A stretch of DNA of 64,000 nucleotides, from contig JAWBWS010000001.1 in the NCBI GenBank assembly GCA_038999725.1, forward strand, positions 1 to 64,000, read 5' to 3'. Each line of letters starts with the position of its first letter. Within the stretch, counting starts at the first letter, position 1. The notes beneath the pieces were generated by a model, which was not told the DNA's origin, searched no databases, and saw only the letters and a program-made list of their open reading frames with translations. Position numbers and translations under genes: made by a program. Source of the stretch: Candidatus Aenigmatarchaeota archaeon. GTDB lineage: Archaea; Aenigmatarchaeota; Aenigmatarchaeia; CG10238-14; SCSR01. Of this stretch, positions 59,241 through 64,000 are shown one piece after another.

Positions 59241-59829
59241 ATTAAAATTAACTACACTCTTGCTTTTCCTCTTGATTTTACCACAGGCAAAAGCAATTAG
59301 CTTAGGAACAGTTTTGAAGAAAGATTATGCAACCATCAAAGCTAATGAGTCAACAAAATTTGAAATTTTATTTTGGAATGTAGAAGAAGAAACTTATGAA
59401 ATTCAAGTTGAAGTTGATAAAGCCCTAAAGGATTGGTTCATCAAAATAGAACCTCAAAAATTCTTGCTCAATTCTTCAGCTGGGAAAGAATACATAAACT
59501 TGCCCAATTTTGAAAAACCTGTCAAGGCTTCTGTTGTTAACATTTTTGTGAAACCAGAAAATACAGAACCTGGGGAATATAAGATTTTGGTAAGAGCAAA
59601 AGCCGGTCTTCCCTCTCAAGGTATAGCCTTTTTTCAAGAAAGGGAATTTGAATTGAAAGTGAAGATAGAAGGTAAAACCCAAGAAGTTGAAAATAAAACT
59701 TTAGCTATGTCGGAAGAAAATTTCTACTTTAAAGGAAAGTCTGTTGGAGAAATTTCTCCTACACTCTCTTACATTTTGGCCATCATCTGCATTTTAGTGA
59801 TTTCTGCCCTAATATATAAATATGCGTAA
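59233..59829 (+). CDS. Secreted single-Ig protein with C-terminal TM (198 aa)
   Basis: Signal peptide ending AKA, VKPENTEPGEY motif, C-terminal TM ending IYKYA. Confidence 0.72.
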   Translation: MNKLKLTTLLLFLLILPQAKAISLGTVLKKDYATIKANESTKFEILFWNVEEETYEIQVEVDKALKDWFIKIEPQKFLLNSSAGKEYINLPNFEKPVKASVVNIFVKPENTEPGEYKILVRAKAGLPSQGIAFFQEREFELKVKIEGKTQEVENKTLAMSEENFYFKGKSVGEISPTLSYILAIICILVISALIYKYA

Positions 59830-61066
59830 GAATCTTTTAGCTGTAGTTTTAATTCTTCTCTTCATTTCAATCTTTCTTGCAAGGAATTTTCTTACAACTA
59901 TTGGTCTGGGACTTTTGAGCATGATAAATGTCTCTATCCAAGAAAAAATAGGAGGAAAACTCCTCTTATCATACAAACAATTTATTGAAATTGGTAATCA
60001 GCAAGAAATCTACACAGAATTCATAAACATTGGTACTTCTCCTCTAACAGAAAGAATTGAAGTTAAAGTTTACGGTTATGTGAATGGAACTCTTAAACCT
60101 TTAGCTTATTATTACGATATTTCGGTTCCTCTTCCTTCTGGAGGTAGAAAAGGGTTTCTAAGTATTTTCATGCCACCAGACACAGGTTTATATTACATAC
60201 AAGCAAAAGCAAGCTATGATACAAAAGTCTTGGAAACTTGGGGGGCTTTTTTGGTCCATCTTCCACCCCCTCCCGTAATTTATGTACCAACACCTGTTTC
60301 TCTACCCACTCCTCCTACCCCCATTGTTGGTGTACCAGATTTGAGCTTAGAATACCCGAAGCTTATTGAGTTTTACCCCGGGGAGAAAAAGTTAATAAAT
60401 ATAACAATAAAAAGCGTGGGAACTGCTTCACTACACAATCTTAGGCTCTACACTTCCACATCTTCTTTGATAAATGTCTCTGTTTTTCCGAAACAAATTC
60501 TTGTATTGAGTCCAAATGAAACTTCAATTTTCATAGTTTCAATTGAGGTACCATCGACAACAGAAGATGGGATTTATCCACTTGAATTTGAAACAATGAA
60601 CGATGAGGGGATAAAAAAGAAGGGAGAAATTTCTATCAAAGTTATATCTCTTCCACCTTCAGAAGAAGGAGAAATTTCTGAAAAAATTTTGAATTATGAA
60701 TTCTTGATATCAGAAATTCAGAGAGAAATAAATTACGCCTCCTTTCAAGGCTATGATGTTGAGCTTGCAAACAAAAGTTTGAGTATGGCAAGAATTAGCC
60801 TTGAAAATGCAAAAGGTTATCTTAAATTGAAAAGGATTCAAGATGCTAAATTGGAATTGAAAAAAGTTGAAAAATATATTGAAGATTCTGCACTCCAACT
60901 CGCAAGCTCCCTACTTTACATTTACAAACCACCAGCAATACTTTGGTGGTTAATTATCTCCATAATCATCTTGATAGCTTCGATAATTTTAGTTTACTTG
61001 TACTTTAAAAAGAGGAGGAGAAAAAGACCCAGGTTGTTAGAAGGGGTAGAGGAAATAGAAAAATAA
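59822..61066 (+). CDS. Membrane-anchored surface protein (414 aa): Ig, Pro-rich linker, Ig, helical bundle, TM
   Basis: Same order of elements as the C-terminal part of 43100..48964, including a GxDV helical hairpin and a WW-initiated TM followed by a basic run. Confidence 0.78.
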   Translation: MRKNLLAVVLILLFISIFLARNFLTTIGLGLLSMINVSIQEKIGGKLLLSYKQFIEIGNQQEIYTEFINIGTSPLTERIEVKVYGYVNGTLKPLAYYYDISVPLPSGGRKGFLSIFMPPDTGLYYIQAKASYDTKVLETWGAFLVHLPPPPVIYVPTPVSLPTPPTPIVGVPDLSLEYPKLIEFYPGEKKLINITIKSVGTASLHNLRLYTSTSSLINVSVFPKQILVLSPNETSIFIVSIEVPSTTEDGIYPLEFETMNDEGIKKKGEISIKVISLPPSEEGEISEKILNYEFLISEIQREINYASFQGYDVELANKSLSMARISLENAKGYLKLKRIQDAKLELKKVEKYIEDSALQLASSLLYIYKPPAILWWLIISIIILIASIILVYLYFKKRRRKRPRLLEGVEEIEK

Positions 61067-61087
61067 TTCAAATGATAAAAATATTTC

Positions 61088-61336
61088 ATGGGACTATTTG
61101 GGCCCTTCGTTTACAAGTCCAAGAAAAATGGCCAAAAATTTTGGCTTCATATGAAGGTTAAAGGGAATGCAAAAATCTATTATTTTTCAAAAGACCCTAC
61201 TGGAGCTATTTTCGATTTGCCTCTAGGCTATGAAGTTGTGGAGAATCCAAAAACTGGAATGCCTTTCTTAAGAAAAAAGACTTCTGGATTTTTTTCTTTT
61301 TTCAAAATAAAAAAAAGAGAAGTTGAGAAAAAATAA
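61088..61336 (+). CDS. Small basic hypothetical protein (82 aa)
   Basis: LH..IYYFSKD..LPLGYEVVENPKTGMPFLRKK resembles a small uncharacterised family recalled from memory; Phe-rich tail GFFSFFK. Confidence 0.7.
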   Translation: MGLFGPFVYKSKKNGQKFWLHMKVKGNAKIYYFSKDPTGAIFDLPLGYEVVENPKTGMPFLRKKTSGFFSFFKIKKREVEKK

Positions 61337-61364
61337 GTAAATAGCAACACAATTATTAAATAGC

Positions 61365-62159
61365 ATGGCAAGAGTAATTGGAATAGTTTCTGGTAAAGGT
61401 GGTGTTGGAAAAACAACTTTAACCATCAATCTAGGTTCAGCCCTTTCCCATTTTTTCAAGAAGAAAGTTACTGTTATTGATTGTAACATAACAACTTCTC
61501 ATTTAGGCTTATACCTTGGGATGTATTATTGCCCAATAACTTTAAACAAGGTCTTAAGAGGGGAGTCAACAATAGATGAAGCAGTTTATGATCACTACAG
61601 TGGAATGAAAGTTGTGCCAGCTTCGCTTTCTATTAGTGAGCTTGAAGGGGTGGATGTAACTTTATTAAGGGAAAGTATAAAACCATTAGAAGTGAAAAAT
61701 GACATAATATTGCTTGATGGTAGTCCTGGATTGGGAAGAGAGGCTATGGCTTGTCTTAAGGCTTGTGATGAGGTATTATATGTCACAACACCCTATGTGC
61801 CATCTGTCATAGATATAGTAAAATATCAAGAGGTTGTGAGTGAGCTTGGTTTGAAGCCTGTGGGCATTGTTTTGAATGTAGTTGATAGAGCAAGATATGA
61901 AATGAATATAAAAGAAGTGGAAGAATTGACACGTTTACCTGTTCTTGCCTCTATTCCATATGATAAAAATATCAAAAAAGCCCTTTCGCTCAAGATGCCT
62001 GTTGTGTTGTTGAACAAAAATTCTCCAGCCAGCAGGGAAATGATAAAATTTGCTGCAAGACTTGTAGGTGAAGAATATAAATCAGATAGCTCTTTCTATA
62101 GAATAATGGAAAGGTTGAGAAACTTCATGAAGTTTAGGGCTTCTCTAGGTCCTGTTTAA
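61365..62159 (+). CDS. minD: MinD/ParA-family ATPase 3 (264 aa)
   Basis: SGKGGVGKTT, LDGSPGLG, VLNVV, IPYD, amphipathic tail FYRIMERLRNFMKF. Confidence 0.9.
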   Translation: MARVIGIVSGKGGVGKTTLTINLGSALSHFFKKKVTVIDCNITTSHLGLYLGMYYCPITLNKVLRGESTIDEAVYDHYSGMKVVPASLSISELEGVDVTLLRESIKPLEVKNDIILLDGSPGLGREAMACLKACDEVLYVTTPYVPSVIDIVKYQEVVSELGLKPVGIVLNVVDRARYEMNIKEVEELTRLPVLASIPYDKNIKKALSLKMPVVLLNKNSPASREMIKFAARLVGEEYKSDSSFYRIMERLRNFMKFRASLGPV

Positions 62160-62167
62160 CACTTATC

Positions 62168-62175
62168 TTTAAATA
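62168..62175 (+). promoter_or_regulatory. TATA box for 62201..62542 and probably cdc48
   Basis: TTTAAATA ends 25 nt before ATG 62201. Confidence 0.5.
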
Positions 62176-62200
62176 TTTTAGTGTTTAAATAATCTAAAAT

Positions 62201-62542
62201 ATGGAAAAGAAAAAAGCTGTCTTAATAACATTCAGTGTAAACTCTGGAAAATTCGAGAATTATTACGAGAGGAATAAATTTTTCCGCAGTTTATATGGTT
62301 GGAAGCAAATCATCAAGAGAGAAATTTTTGTAAGTAAAAAACCAAAAGAAAAAGTTTATGTTTACCAGAGAGAGGGTTTGCTTAATACAATTCCTCACAA
62401 AAAAGTTGATCAAAGCAGCTTTATAGTTCCAGAAGATGAATTTGATAAAATAGAAAAGTTTATGAGAGAATGGGAAGAAAAAGTTATGTGGAAAGCTTTC
62501 AAAATATTATTAGAGGAAGATGTTTTTGAAGAGGGAGGTTGA
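62201..62542 (+). CDS. Hypothetical protein (113 aa)
   Basis: Same strand as its neighbours, TATA upstream, stop abuts the cdc48 ATG; motif ERNKFFRSLYG...REGLL...SSFIVP. Confidence 0.7.
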   Translation: MEKKKAVLITFSVNSGKFENYYERNKFFRSLYGWKQIIKREIFVSKKPKEKVYVYQREGLLNTIPHKKVDQSSFIVPEDEFDKIEKFMREWEEKVMWKAFKILLEEDVFEEGG

Positions 62543-64000
62543 ATGGTTGAAAAAGAAGAAAAAGAAATAAGGCTGAAAGTTGGTGAGCTTACAGCAAGAG
62601 AAGAAGCAGGGAGAGGAATTGTTAGAATTGATTCTTCGAACATGAACAAAATTGGAGTGAAAGAAGGCGATGTGGTTGAAATTGAAGGTTCAAGAAAAAC
62701 TGCTGCAATAGCTGTTAGAGCCTACCCTGCTGATATTGGTTTGAACATAATAAGAATGGATGGAATAGTGAGGAGAAATGCTGGCTCTGGTGTAGGGGAG
62801 TATGTAAAAGTGAGAAAAGCTGAAACGAAAGAAGCGAAAAGTGTGACAATTGCTCCTGCTGAAAGAGGATTTGTGGTTCATGTTTCCCCAGAGTTGGTTA
62901 AACAAAACCTTTACATGAGGCCTGTGGTGAAGGGTGATATTATTGTCCCCTCTCCTGTGGTAAGAAAGAGGTCTAGGGGAGGAGGTTTCTTTGAAGAATT
63001 TTTCGGCACAGACTTTTTTGAGGAATTCTTTTTCACACCATTTCCAGGAGAAACAAGATTTATAGTTACCAATACAGATCCCCCAGGGATAGTTAGAATT
63101 GGTGACATAACTGAGCTAGAGATTTTGCCAGAGCTTCCTGAAGGCTTGAAGTTGGAGGAAAAAGCAATACCTGCTGTAACTTATGAAGATATTGGTGGTA
63201 TAAGAGATGTTATTGAGAAAGTAAGGGAAATGATTGAGTTGCCTTTAAGGCATCCGGAAATTTTTGAAAGACTTGGCATTGAACCTCCAAAAGGAATTTT
63301 GCTTTATGGACCTCCGGGTACAGGTAAAACTCTGCTTGCAAAGGCTGTTGCAAATGAAAGTGGGGCAAACTTCTTCTCAATTTCCGGCCCAGAAATAATG
63401 TCGAAATTTTATGGTGAATCTGAACAAAATTTAAGAAAAATTTTTGAAGAAGCTGAAAAAAATGCTCCTTCAATAATTTTCATTGACGAGATTGATGCCA
63501 TTGCTCCAAAAAGAGAAGAAACTGCGGGAGAGGTTGAAAGAAGGGTAACAAGTCAACTTCTCACGCTTATGGATGGGTTGAAGAAAAGAGGAAAAGTTGT
63601 TGTTATTGCAGCAACAAACAGACCGAATGCTATTGATCCTGCTTTGAGAAGGGGAGGAAGATTTGATAGGGAGATAGAACTCCCTGTTCCAGATAGAGAT
63701 GGGAGACTTGAAATTTTGAAGATTCACACTAGAAACATGCCTTTAGACAAAGATGTTGATCTCAACTGGCTTGCTGACATAACTTATGGCTATGTTGGTG
63801 CAGATCTTATGGCTTTATGTAAGGAAGCAGCAATGTCAGCCCTAAGAAGAGTTTTACCAGAGATAAAGTGGAAGACTGAAGAGGAACTTCCAAAAGAGGT
63901 TATAGAAAAGCTTGTTGTTAAGAAAGAAGATTTCGAAAATGCTTTAAAGGTTGTCGAGCCTTCTGCAATGAGAGAAGTGCTGGTTGAAATCCCAAAAGTT
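62543..64000 (+). CDS. cdc48: CDC48/VCP (VAT) family AAA+ ATPase, 3'-partial (486 codons visible)
   Basis: Absent from the ORF track because it runs off the end. Translated by hand: [26 protein letters not shown] (N domain), [52 protein letters not shown] at 62534-62538. Confidence 0.96.
   Translation, partial: MVEKEEKEIRLKVGELTAREEAGRGIVRIDSSNMNKIGVKEGDVVEIEGSRKTAAIAVRAYPADIGLNIIRMDGIVRRNAGSGVGEYVKVRKAETKEAKSVTIAPAERGFVVHVSPELVKQNLYMRPVVKGDIIVPSPVVRKRSRGGGFFEEFFGTDFFEEFFFTPFPGETRFIVTNTDPPGIVRIGDITELEILPELPEGLKLEEKAIPAVTYEDIGGIRDVIEKVREMIELPLRHPEIFERLGIEPPKGILLYGPPGTGKTLLAKAVANESGANFFSISGPEIMSKFYGESEQNLRKIFEEAEKNAPSIIFIDEIDAIAPKREETAGEVERRVTSQLLTLMDGLKKRGKVVVIAATNRPNAIDPALRRGGRFDREIELPVPDRDGRLEILKIHTRNMPLDKDVDLNWLADITYGYVGADLMALCKEAAMSALRRVLPEIKWKTEEELPKEVIEKLVVKKEDFENALKVVEPSAMREVLVEIPKV

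Noticed and set aside
41200..62159. Min cell-division system or plasmid ParA partitioning
   Set aside because: No minC, minE, ftsZ, parB or replication gene nearby; the MinDs sit among surface-protein genes.
39844..63727. Short overlapping ORFs opposite the downstream genes, including the Ser/Phe-rich 178-aa ORF at 40807..41343 and those over cdc48
   Set aside because: Antisense mirrors of Glu/Lys-rich or well-supported coding frames.
1..64000. CRISPR array, tRNA, rRNA, IS or integrase
   Set aside because: No short regularly spaced repeats with spacers, intergenic gaps are short and very AT-rich, and no transposase or recombinase motifs were seen.

Overview
AT-rich archaeal DNA; a DPANN-type small archaeon is inferred from gene content and style, not demonstrated. 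About 62% of the window is one reading frame (2..39730) that is already open at the left edge and encodes at least 13,242 aa. Its extracellular part is rich in Cys and N-x-S/T sequons and contains 28 recognisable copies of a ~330-aa module arranged in higher-order super-repeats. This is followed by a Cys knot, a Pro-rich linker, one transmembrane segment and a cytoplasmic HerA/VirB4/VirD4-like ATPase. Downstream is a dense ~22-kb cluster: a coiled-coil protein, three MinD-family ATPases (all with Asn at the catalytic Asp position), a membrane-anchored degenerate NOG1-like GTPase, a small HExxH membrane peptidase, three membrane-anchored surface proteins (two share modules with the giant), two duplicated pilin-like genes each paired with a divergent HTH gene, a possible tip adhesin, several chaperone-like Ig proteins and a PqqD-like protein. 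One pilin/HTH promoter is bounded by a perfect 19-bp inverted repeat that includes both start codons. The window ends in a 3'-truncated CDC48/VCP gene. No rRNA, tRNA, CRISPR array or mobile element was seen. The cluster reads as a candidate ATP-powered cell-contact/attachment apparatus; that function is inferred. All family assignments come from motifs read by eye, not database searches.
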